DNA of 64,000 bases. It comes from an uncultured Bacteroidia bacterium. Lineage in GTDB: Bacteria > Bacteroidota > Bacteroidia > Bacteroidales > ML635J-15. Under the pieces are notes generated by a model, which searched no databases, was not told where the DNA came from, and was given only the letters and a program-made list of their open reading frames with translations. The stretch spans positions 71,357 through 135,356 of the forward strand of contig CACYQN010000013.1 of assembly GCA_902776565.1 (NCBI GenBank), written 5' to 3'. A program made the translations under genes and the position numbers. Below, piece after piece: positions 27,258 through 35,873 of this stretch. Position 1 is the stretch's first letter. Each line of letters begins with the position of its first letter.

Positions 27258-29186
27258 TTATTTTACCTCCTCAAAGTCCACATCCGTTACTTCGTCGTTG
27301 TTGTTGCTTGAGCTGCCCGACGACTGCTGCTGCTGTCCGCCCATGTTGGTGTTGGCCTGCTGCTGACCTGCGCCTGCACCGGCACCAGCGTTCTGGTACA
27401 TGTTCTCAGATGCTGCGTGGAAAGCGTTGTTGAGGGCTTCCATTGCCTTGTCGATAGCGGCAACATCCTGGCTCTTGTGAGCTTCCTTCAAGTTGTTGAG
27501 TGCGGTTTCGATAGGAGCCTTCTTGTCGGCTGGAATCTTGTCGCCCAATTCCTTGAGTTGCTTTTCGGTCTGGAATATCATCGAGTCGGCCTGGTTAATC
27601 TTGTCGATTCTTTCCTTTGCAGCCTTGTCGGCGTTTGCATTGGCTTCGGCTTCGGCCTTCATACGCTTGATTTCGTCTTCCGAAAGTCCTGATGAAGCTT
27701 CGATACGGATGCTCTGTTCCTTGCCTGTGCCCTTGTCCTTTGCCGATACCTTCAAGATACCGTTTGCATCGATGTCGAAGGTAACTTCAATCTGCGGAAC
27801 GCCACGCGGTGCTGCTGGAATGCCGTCGAGGTGGAAACGACCGATGGTCTTGTTGTCGCTTGCCATCGAACGTTCGCCCTGCAATACGTGGATTTCGACT
27901 GATGGCTGGTTGTCGGCTGCGGTCGAGAATACTTCCTGCTTCTTGCAAGGTATTGTGGTGTTCGATTCGATGAGCTTTGTCATTACGCCACCCAAAGTCT
28001 CGATACCGAGTGACAACGGGGTAACATCAAGAAGCAATACATCGGTAACATCACCTGTGAGGACACCGCCCTGGATTGCAGCACCTACAGCCACAACTTC
28101 GTCGGGGTTAACGCCCTTCGACGGAGTCTTGCCGAAGAACTGCTTTACCTTTTCCTGAACTGCCGGGATACGGGTTGAACCGCCGACCAACAGAACTTCG
28201 TCAATATCCGATGCCGAGAAACCAGAGTCCTTCAATGCCTGCTGGCAAGGAGCGATGGTGGCGTTGATAAGACGGTCGGCCAACTGCTCGAACTGCGAAC
28301 GGGTCAAGGTCTTTACCAAATGCTTTGGAACACCGTCAACCGGCATAATGTACGGCAGGTTGATTTCCGAAGATGTCGATGACGACAATTCAATCTTTGC
28401 CTTTTCGGCAGCCTCTTTCAGACGCTGGAGTGCGATAGAGTCCTTGCGGAGGTCAACGCCGTTTTCCTTCTGGAATTCGTCTGCCAGCCATTCTATGATA
28501 ACGTGGTCGAAATCATCACCGCCGAGGTGGGTATCGCCGTTGGTCGATTTAACTTCGAAAACGCCGTCGCCAAGTTCAAGGATTGAAATATCGAATGTGC
28601 CGCCACCGAGGTCGAATACTGCAACCTTCATATCCTTGTTCTTCTTGTCAAGACCGTATGCCAAAGCTGCTGCTGTAGGCTCGTTGATGATACGCTTTAC
28701 CTTCAAGCCTGCGATTTCGCCAGCTTCCTTGGTTGCCTGACGCTGTGAGTCGCTGAAGTATGCAGGAACAGTAATTACTGCTTCGGTTACATCTTCGCCA
28801 AGGTATTCTTCAGCGGTCTTCTTCATCTTCTGGAGGATGATTGCCGAAATTTCCTGCGGAGTGTAGTTGCGGTCGCCAATCTTAACACGCGGAGTGTTGT
28901 TGTCGCCACGAACAACTTCGTAAGGAACGCGCTCGATTTCCTTGGTTACGTTGTCGTATCTTTCGCCCATGAAACGCTTGATTGAGAAAACAGTGTTCAA
29001 TGGGTTTGTGATAGCCTGACGCTTTGCAGGGTCGCCGACCTTACGTTCGCCGTCCTTCAAGAAACCTACAATCGAAGGGGTGGTCCTATGACCTTCGCTG
29101 TTGGTGATAACAACAGGTTCGCCGCCTTCCATAACTGCCACACATGAATTGGTGGTACCTAAGTCTATGCCTATAATCTTACTCAT
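27258..29186 (-). CDS. dnaK: Molecular chaperone DnaK (Hsp70)
   Basis: '[15 protein letters not shown]', 'DLGGGTFD', 'LVGGSTRIP'; full-length Hsp70. Confidence 0.98.
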   Translation of the reverse strand: MSKIIGIDLGTTNSCVAVMEGGEPVVITNSEGHRTTPSIVGFLKDGERKVGDPAKRQAITNPLNTVFSIKRFMGERYDNVTKEIERVPYEVVRGDNNTPRVKIGDRNYTPQEISAIILQKMKKTAEEYLGEDVTEAVITVPAYFSDSQRQATKEAGEIAGLKVKRIINEPTAAALAYGLDKKNKDMKVAVFDLGGGTFDISILELGDGVFEVKSTNGDTHLGGDDFDHVIIEWLADEFQKENGVDLRKDSIALQRLKEAAEKAKIELSSSTSSEINLPYIMPVDGVPKHLVKTLTRSQFEQLADRLINATIAPCQQALKDSGFSASDIDEVLLVGGSTRIPAVQEKVKQFFGKTPSKGVNPDEVVAVGAAIQGGVLTGDVTDVLLLDVTPLSLGIETLGGVMTKLIESNTTIPCKKQEVFSTAADNQPSVEIHVLQGERSMASDNKTIGRFHLDGIPAAPRGVPQIEVTFDIDANGILKVSAKDKGTGKEQSIRIEASSGLSEDEIKRMKAEAEANANADKAAKERIDKINQADSMIFQTEKQLKELGDKIPADKKAPIETALNNLKEAHKSQDVAAIDKAMEALNNAFHAASENMYQNAGAGAGAGQQQANTNMGGQQQQSSGSSSNNNDEVTDVDFEEVK

Positions 29187-29660
29187 AATTTTATGTTTTT
29201 TTTTGTTTTACAATTTTGAAAAATTCACGACTTCAATATGGCAATCCTTGTGCCAGCGGAATGAAAAAATGTTGACAAAAACGGCTGTTTTTGTTTTTAA
29301 TATATTGAATGTCAGTGTATTATAAGGATGTTGAGATTTTTTATGGCGAAATCCTTCATGTCATACCAAAGGTTTTGCCGTGCTTTTTTGGCACAAAAAA
29401 GATTGATTTTTTGAAATTTGGTGTCAGTGTGGGTGACAAAATGGCAGTAGCATCGCGCCATGACTGCTTAACAACCTCGGAGAGGTTCCATATTTATAGA
29501 AAAACAGATGCATTTTTGGAGCGCTGGCGCATGTTTTTGTCTGGTTGGTGAGCTTGTCGAACCACAAAAACTGTGACAGCGCACAATTGGGCGGACAATA
29601 ATTAAATATTATAATTATCAGATTTTCGTTTTCTTCGTTTCGGCTACGCTCAACGGGCGG

Positions 29661-29723
29661 TAATTATCAATTATCCAATTGTTCATTGTCAATTGTTCAT
29701 TGTCAATTGTCCATTGTCCATTG
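29661..29723. repeat. Heptamer tandem array (about 9 units of tcaattg/tccattg/ttcattg)
   Basis: 7-bp periodicity read directly. Preceded by the conserved module ttcgtttcggctacgctcaacgggcgg. Confidence 0.85.
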
Positions 29724-29842
29724 CTTTCTCATCAACATTATTCCCGTAAACAAACAGAAGAAAATTATTCCATTGAATGCAACCGTTATCACATTCTGGG
29801 AATAAATTTTATAATAAATATTATAATAATAAAAATTATAAT

Positions 29843-29850
29843 TATCTTTG
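29843..29850 (+). promoter_or_regulatory. -7 box (TAtcTTTG) for the AAA ATPase gene
   Basis: tatctttg lies about 20 nt upstream of the ATG at 29871. Confidence 0.45.
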
Positions 29851-29870
29851 CACTATAATAATTATAGGTC

Positions 29871-31007
29871 ATGAAAGTAAATAATCCGTTCATAATAACG
29901 AGCAAATATGTCTCGAAGGAATATTTTTGCGATAGGGAGAAGGAATCTGCGGAATTGGTTGGGAATATACGGAATTGGCGTAACACGGTCTTGGTTTCAC
30001 AGCGAAGAATGGGCAAGTCTGGGCTTATTGGACATGTATTCTCGACACCAGAAATATCAAAGGAATACGAAACATTTTTCATTGACATATACGATACTAC
30101 CAGCCTTGATGACTTTGTGTTGCTTTTGGGAAAGGAGATATGCGAAAGGCTTCAGTCGCGTGGAGAAAAACTGGTGGAAAAGTTTCTGATGACAGTGTCC
30201 TCCGTGGTAGCGTCGTTCAGTGCCGACCCGATAAGCGGTATGCCGTCGATAGATTTGAAGCCAAGTGCAACAAGTTCGGCAGGAAAATCATTGGAACAGA
30301 TATTCAAATTCTTGGAAAGCAGTTCAAGGCCGTGCGTGGTCGCAATTGACGAGTTCCAACAGATAGCCGACTACCGTGATGGCAAAAAAATTATTGCAAC
30401 TTTGCGCAAGCTTGTGCAAAACTGCCAGAATACCTGCTTCATATTTGCAGGAAGCAACCGAAGAATGATGGGACAGCTTTTCAATACGCCTTCAGAACCA
30501 TTCTTTATGAGTTGTACGCCACTGTATTTGGATGCTATTGCGATTGATAAATACACGGATTTTGTAAGCGGGCACTTCAAGAACAATGGGAAAAAAATCG
30601 AGAAAAAATGTATCGAAACCGTTTACACTCTGTTTGATGGACATACTTGGTATATGCAATATGTTTTCAATAGGATTTTTGAAATTACAGATGCTGGGGA
30701 AACAGCCAATTTGCAGTCGATAGAAACAGCAATAATCAACATTTTTGATATTTTCGAGCATGTTTTCCAGGAAATGTTGCTAAGGGTTTCCGAAAAGCAA
30801 AAGGCTCTGTTGATTGCCGTCGCCAAAGAAAACAAAGTGAAGAATATTACTGGTTCGCAATTTATTTCGACCTACAATCTGAAGACGGCAAGTGCAATCC
30901 AAGGTGCGCTTAGACCGCTGATTGAAAATGAAACTATTACGAAAGAAGTTGATTGTTATCGTATTACAAATAGGTTTTTCTCGCTTTGGATAGCAAAAAG
31001 GTATTGA
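29871..31007 (+). CDS. AAA+ ATPase of the archaeal-ATPase/DUF234-type family (ATP-binding protein)
   Basis: 'FCDREKESAEL...VLVSQRRMGKSGLI' Walker A; 'VVAIDEFQQI' Walker B. A multicopy family in Bacteroidales. Confidence 0.75.
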   Translation: MKVNNPFIITSKYVSKEYFCDREKESAELVGNIRNWRNTVLVSQRRMGKSGLIGHVFSTPEISKEYETFFIDIYDTTSLDDFVLLLGKEICERLQSRGEKLVEKFLMTVSSVVASFSADPISGMPSIDLKPSATSSAGKSLEQIFKFLESSSRPCVVAIDEFQQIADYRDGKKIIATLRKLVQNCQNTCFIFAGSNRRMMGQLFNTPSEPFFMSCTPLYLDAIAIDKYTDFVSGHFKNNGKKIEKKCIETVYTLFDGHTWYMQYVFNRIFEITDAGETANLQSIETAIINIFDIFEHVFQEMLLRVSEKQKALLIAVAKENKVKNITGSQFISTYNLKTASAIQGALRPLIENETITKEVDCYRITNRFFSLWIAKRY

Positions 31008-31095
31008 TTTTATAATAAATATTATAATAATAAAAATTATAAATTATTCATTATCAGATTTTCGTTTCCTTCGTTTCGGCTACGCTCAACGGGCG

Positions 31096-31234
31096 GTAAT
31101 TGTCAATTATCCATTGCTAATTATCCATTATTAATTATCCATTGTCAATTGTCCATTGTCCATTATTAATTGTTCATTGTCAATTATCCATTGCTAATTG
31201 TCCATTATTAATTGTTCATTGTCAATTGTCCATT
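31096..31234. repeat. Heptamer tandem array (about 20 units) that runs into the 3' end of the O-antigen-ligase-like CDS
   Basis: Same unit and same upstream module as 29661-29723. The last 15 codons of 31194..32453(-) ('GKQWTIDNEQLIMDN') are encoded by the array. Confidence 0.85.
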
Positions 31235-32453
31235 GCTTTCCCATCAGCATTATTCCCGTAAACAAACAGAAGAAAATTACACCATTTATTATTGACAGCA
31301 TATCCTCGATGCAGAAGAAGCAAAGTGTTATTATGCACCACCAGACCATTGTGCCGTTTCTCGATTTGATGGCCGTGCGGAACATTGCGAAGAACAGCAG
31401 TAGGAGTGAGGCTATTCCCAAAATCCCAAACGAGGCAAATGTACGCAGAAACTGGTTGTGTGGCGAGCAGGTGCCTGCGTAGTTTTCGCCCATGCGCAGT
31501 TTCATTTTCTTTTCCATTTCGGCATACACATCGCCTTGACCCGTACCTATGAGCCAATTCTCGGAAATTAGTTCAAACGCCGATTCCATGCACTTTATGC
31601 GGATGGTTGTTGATTCGGTTCTTGTGCGTGGTGTCACTTCTCCGTCGTGCTGTGCCTGAAGGCTTTCCATCATAAAGTCAAGACGGTATTTTACCATTGG
31701 CAAAGACAGGAATGCTGGTATTGAGGCAATTACAGCTAATGTTATGGTTATAGAAAGCCATTTGGGTACACTTTTCGACAATAACAGCTTGACTACAATA
31801 TACAAGACGTATGTCGCCAGAATGAATATGGTAATCTTCGACGAGAGCATACCGATGAACGCGACAAGAATAAGCGAAACAATTATTTTAAGAGCCAGCA
31901 AAAGTTTGTTGGAATTGGAGTTTATTATGCTGTGCGTTAGGATTATCAGCGAAAATAGCACATAGTATGAATGATGGTGAGGTGAAGCTATGAGCTGTGT
32001 GTAAAAGAATGCGTTAATATCCTGTGTTTCTGCATAATTCAACGATGCCTTTATTATGCTGAAAATCATTATTGTAAAAACTCCTGCAATCAATGAAATC
32101 TCAACAAGCTGAAGTTTCTTTTCGATATGGTTTTGTCGGAATGCAGTTGCGATGAAGGGAAAGGCGAACAGCGAGAGTGCCGTTTCGGTGTTGTGGAGGG
32201 CAGACCTTACATCCTCCGAGTATGTTATTCCTATAAGGTACAAGACGAATGGAAATATCATCGCCCAGAACCCTAAAGTTTTTGCGGAGTCCTTTAATGC
32301 TACATAGTTGCGTGGCCTTATAAGAAACAACAATCCAAGGATTGCGATTACGACCGGGGCGTACCACACATATACAGGTATAAGGAATGCAACCGAACAA
32401 ATCAGAGCAATTTCCAAAATATCAAGGTAGTATCTCAGTCTATCTGTTGCCAT
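31194..32453 (-). CDS. O-antigen ligase/polymerase-like (Wzy_C family) integral membrane protein
   Basis: About 10 or more hydrophobic segments; 'SPHNQFLRTFASFGILG' motif characteristic of the O-antigen ligase family. Confidence 0.7.
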   Translation of the reverse strand: MATDRLRYYLDILEIALICSVAFLIPVYVWYAPVVIAILGLLFLIRPRNYVALKDSAKTLGFWAMIFPFVLYLIGITYSEDVRSALHNTETALSLFAFPFIATAFRQNHIEKKLQLVEISLIAGVFTIMIFSIIKASLNYAETQDINAFFYTQLIASPHHHSYYVLFSLIILTHSIINSNSNKLLLALKIIVSLILVAFIGMLSSKITIFILATYVLYIVVKLLLSKSVPKWLSITITLAVIASIPAFLSLPMVKYRLDFMMESLQAQHDGEVTPRTRTESTTIRIKCMESAFELISENWLIGTGQGDVYAEMEKKMKLRMGENYAGTCSPHNQFLRTFASFGILGIASLLLLFFAMFRTAIKSRNGTMVWWCIITLCFFCIEDMLSIINGVIFFCLFTGIMLMGKQWTIDNEQLIMDN

Positions 32454-32519
32454 TCAAGTCCTGCAAAGTAATAAAAAAACGGGAAAATGCTTCCCGTTAT
32501 ATTGTAATTTCTGTCGTGT

Positions 32520-33773
32520 TTAATATTGGTGCTGACTTATGTACCTGTTGAGTTCGCTTACCGACGACGAGAATGTAAATACTTCGTTTACCTTATAGTA
32601 GAAGCGTCTGTCGTAGCAGTGGTCGAAAGCAAATTTTGCAAATGTGAGCCTGTCGCTGTCGAAAGTAAACAGACGGCAGATTTCCCTTACCTGCTCCGAG
32701 CTGATGCAGGTCGCTGTGCAAGCCTGCTTTGCTATTGTCATCTTGGTGCTAGAGTACGGAGTGTTGTTAATCATTCGTCTCAGGTCGCTGAAATCTTGGT
32801 CTGACATAAAGAAACGGCAGTCGGGATTGTCGCTCTGGAAATAGCCGTAGCCACCTTGTGGTGCGCCGTAAGGCTGTTGGTAGGCTGCCATCTGGTTGGT
32901 TATGTACCTGTTAAGGTCGTCAACCGATGAGGAATAGGTAAATGCTTGTCCTACCATATAATATCTGTAGCGGTCGTAGCAGTATTCAAAGGCGTATTTT
33001 GCAAAGTCGAGCCTGCTGCTTTCGTACGAGAACAGGCGGCAGATGTCCCTTATCTGGTCGGCTGTCATACAGTTGTATCTGCAAGCCTGTTTTGCCACGG
33101 TAAGGCGCGAACTGTCGAAATATTTGGTTCTTATCTGTGCCTTTAGCGAATTGAAGTCGTTTTGTTGCATCGGGAAATGGCAGCGAGGATTGTCGGTTGG
33201 CCCGTAACCATTGTTCCAGTAGCCGTTGTTGCCATTATTGTTTCCGGAGCCATATCCATTGTTTCCGTAACCGTTGTTTCCATGGTTGTTGTTTCCATAG
33301 CCATTGTTTCCGTGATTGTTATTGCCGTGGCCATTGTTTCCGTGTCCGCCATTGTTTCCGTGTCCGTGGTCCTTGGTTTCGGTAGAGCCGTTATTGTCCT
33401 TGATTACAGTATTTCCGTTGCCACCCTGGTTGTTGGAATGCGAACGGCTTGTTGTGCTGATGGTTTTCATCGAATATATGTTTTCGCGACCCTTGACAAG
33501 CTGAATCTTTATTTCCTTGTCGTTGCTGCTAACCGAATACGACCTGCTAAAGGTAGGCACGCCACTACGCTCGAAGACAACCCTTATGGCAATGGTTTTA
33601 CCATTGATGTTTTCGGCTTTTACATTGGTTGCGGCAGTTTGGTTCTGCTTGACGTTGTTTAGGTACAATGTGAACTTGTCTCCGTTATCTGTGTAAAATA
33701 CAAAATCGTTGGTTTGTGCGATGCCGGCAATAGTCAACAGGCACAAGATTGCGATGGAAAATAATGTTCTCAT
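32520..33773 (-). CDS. Secreted protein with two DUF4476 domains and a (G/H/Y/N)-rich low-complexity linker
   Basis: Signal peptide 'MRTLFSIAILCLLTIAGIAQ' (I chose the ATG at 33773). Two copies of 'F..L...I....F.S.RL..AKQA......T..Q...IC.LF.....RL.FAK.A...CYD...Y'. Confidence 0.75.
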   Translation of the reverse strand: MRTLFSIAILCLLTIAGIAQTNDFVFYTDNGDKFTLYLNNVKQNQTAATNVKAENINGKTIAIRVVFERSGVPTFSRSYSVSSNDKEIKIQLVKGRENIYSMKTISTTSRSHSNNQGGNGNTVIKDNNGSTETKDHGHGNNGGHGNNGHGNNNHGNNGYGNNNHGNNGYGNNGYGSGNNNGNNGYWNNGYGPTDNPRCHFPMQQNDFNSLKAQIRTKYFDSSRLTVAKQACRYNCMTADQIRDICRLFSYESSRLDFAKYAFEYCYDRYRYYMVGQAFTYSSSVDDLNRYITNQMAAYQQPYGAPQGGYGYFQSDNPDCRFFMSDQDFSDLRRMINNTPYSSTKMTIAKQACTATCISSEQVREICRLFTFDSDRLTFAKFAFDHCYDRRFYYKVNEVFTFSSSVSELNRYISQHQY

Positions 33774-33987
33774 GTTCAAATATTTTATTGTCGCAAAGGT
33801 AAGAAAAATTTTAGATTTACGATTTACGATTTTAGATTGATGCCGACAAGATGCAAAAAGGTTTACATTATTGAGTAAAAAGTGCCTACATTGTCCATTA
33901 TTAATTCCGTTATCCTTCGTTTCGATACTTCGACAGGCTCGCTTCGACAAGCTCAGTGCGCCGCAGTAGGCGAAGCTCAACGGGCGG

Positions 33988-34055
33988 TAATTGTCAATTG
34001 TTCATTGTCAATTGTTCATTGTCAATTGTCCATTGTCAATTATCCATTGTCCATT
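33988..34055. repeat. Heptamer tandem array (about 10 units) abutting the stop codon of the OMP gene
   Basis: Same unit, preceded by gctcaacgggcgg and a GC-rich 'cttcgacaggctcgcttcgacaagctcagtgcg' module. Confidence 0.85.
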
Positions 34056-35871
34056 AAAACATATAAGTCAACCCCACCAACGCATTGAATCCCTGTGCGC
34101 GGTAGTTGTTCCAGATGTAGTAGCGCTGGCAAGCAATGTTGTTGAGATAGAGGAATGCACTGAAATTGTCGTCGAACTTGTATTCTCCGAACAAGTTCAC
34201 ATCAACCACTGCCTTCATCTTCTTGGCGTACTGCACACCAGCAACAAATTCCTTTGCATAGCACCTATTCAAGAAATAGCCTTCCAAACCGAACGAAATC
34301 TTGTTGGTTAGACGGTACGAAGCCCTTAGGCTGACATCCAAGTCGGGCATCTGCCACGGACGCGCATCGGCAATTTTGGGAGAATTGAGCACTGTCGGGT
34401 CGCCCAACTTTATATAATAGTAATAGTGAGCCTTCAGCATAATGTCGAGTCCCGGAGTAAGGTCGCGCATCGAAAGTTCGGCGTAGGCACCAACACGGTC
34501 AACATCCATATATTCCATCTTGAACTTGTTGTGCAGAGGAATGGTGGTATCGTTGACAAAGAAAGCCATATTATTAATATGCGAATAGTTGGCATTGATA
34601 TGCAAGTAAATCTTTTTACTTATGATTGCTTTCAAACCTAGGTTAGCCTCGTGCTGATAAGTTGTATTGTAATATGAAGGATAACTATTAACAAAAGGAT
34701 TAATTGTAGTGATAAACTCAAGGTTATTATTTTCCAAATGTCCACCATAGCTCACATACGGAAGCAATGTATTACTTATATTCAATTGTGCATAGACATC
34801 CGGGAACAAATAGAATGACGGATCATTAGCACTTATCAAATCAAATACAGCCTTAGCTCCTGCCTTTATATTCCATTTTTCGTTCTCAAACTTAAAATAT
34901 GGCTTTGCACCTATAAACATATCATTTTTAGAAGATATCCTGGGAAGTGGAGCTCCACCATTTGCTCCTACAATATTAGGATTTGCGTACGCTGCCATCT
35001 TGTTGGCATTGAACAGGTAGTCAATATCAAGTCCGTAGCTAGCATTTTTCACCGAACGACCTATATTTGCAACAACATCAACCTTGTGCTGCCAGTCCTT
35101 GGTCTTGGTAAAGAAGTACTGATAACCAGCACCAAACTTGTAGTTCCAGTGCTTGCGGCCTGTCTGTTGCGACTCGAATGTCATATTTGCACCCACACGG
35201 TTGAAACGCTGTTTCTCGACCTCGTCGCGGGTATCAACATAATCAAAGGTATCCCAGTTGATAGAATCGGTATTGCCGTAAACCTTCGGGTCGTAGCCGT
35301 AGTAGCAGATTCCGTTCGACGAGAAATAAACCTTGCCCGACAGTACTGACTTTGCAAATATTTTCTTTCCAAAAGCCTCGATGTTGCTGTCGTCGTAGCC
35401 CGAATAAATCTTCTGGTTGAGACGATTCTTGATTTTACCAAAAGATGAGTGGTGCTGGGCGGCAATACCTATTGAATAGTTCTTCTGTCGTTTCGAGTTG
35501 ACATACAATTCGGCAAACGGCGAAATGTAGTTTCCGTAGCCAATCTTTACCAATCCTGTATTGAGCGGCTTCAGTGCTTCGCCCTTTACGGTAGCAGCGG
35601 GAATCTTGCTCGGCGTGAACGATGTGCGGTACATTGTTGGCATTACCGAATACTCGAATTTCGGTTCTACCTTAATCGTGTCGGCAATTACCGGGAGGCT
35701 CTGTATTCTGCTTGCGTCCTTCAGCACCGGCGAATACTCGTTGTAAATTACTACGGTCTGCTCTTCGAGCGTATTGTTGTCCTCTTGTGCCATTAGGCTG
35801 CCAGCAGCGACAGCAAAGGCAATCAGCAAGGTCAAATATTTCATATAGCTAAGTTTTCTCATCGTTTCCAT
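34054..35871 (-). CDS. Putative outer-membrane beta-barrel protein
   Basis: Signal peptide, alternating beta-strand pattern, C-terminal 'LVGLTYMF' aromatic terminus. 2-nt gap to the upstream TPR gene. Confidence 0.6.
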   Translation of the reverse strand: METMRKLSYMKYLTLLIAFAVAAGSLMAQEDNNTLEEQTVVIYNEYSPVLKDASRIQSLPVIADTIKVEPKFEYSVMPTMYRTSFTPSKIPAATVKGEALKPLNTGLVKIGYGNYISPFAELYVNSKRQKNYSIGIAAQHHSSFGKIKNRLNQKIYSGYDDSNIEAFGKKIFAKSVLSGKVYFSSNGICYYGYDPKVYGNTDSINWDTFDYVDTRDEVEKQRFNRVGANMTFESQQTGRKHWNYKFGAGYQYFFTKTKDWQHKVDVVANIGRSVKNASYGLDIDYLFNANKMAAYANPNIVGANGGAPLPRISSKNDMFIGAKPYFKFENEKWNIKAGAKAVFDLISANDPSFYLFPDVYAQLNISNTLLPYVSYGGHLENNNLEFITTINPFVNSYPSYYNTTYQHEANLGLKAIISKKIYLHINANYSHINNMAFFVNDTTIPLHNKFKMEYMDVDRVGAYAELSMRDLTPGLDIMLKAHYYYYIKLGDPTVLNSPKIADARPWQMPDLDVSLRASYRLTNKISFGLEGYFLNRCYAKEFVAGVQYAKKMKAVVDVNLFGEYKFDDNFSAFLYLNNIACQRYYIWNNYRAQGFNALVGLTYMF

Positions 35872-35873
35872 GT

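Noticed and set aside
29309-29551. 80-aa ORF upstream of dnaK, and 5361..5555 / 5376..5558 ORFs between the rtcB and SNF2 genes
   Set aside because: They have no motifs and odd composition, and they sit in promoter or leader regions. They are probably non-coding.
32520-33980. N-terminal extensions given in the ORF track: DUF4476 protein from 33980, ftsE from 39239, NYN-like from 15265, AraC from 17275, RavA-like from 9577, pgm from 49028
   Set aside because: The extensions run through repeat arrays or -7 promoter boxes, or overlap the upstream gene. Internal ATGs give canonical N-termini (signal peptide, family-typical starts).
29661-34055. Could the tandem arrays be CRISPR arrays?
   Set aside because: The units are 7 bp and contiguous, with no unique spacers. 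No cas genes are present. They are microsatellite-like arrays, not CRISPR.
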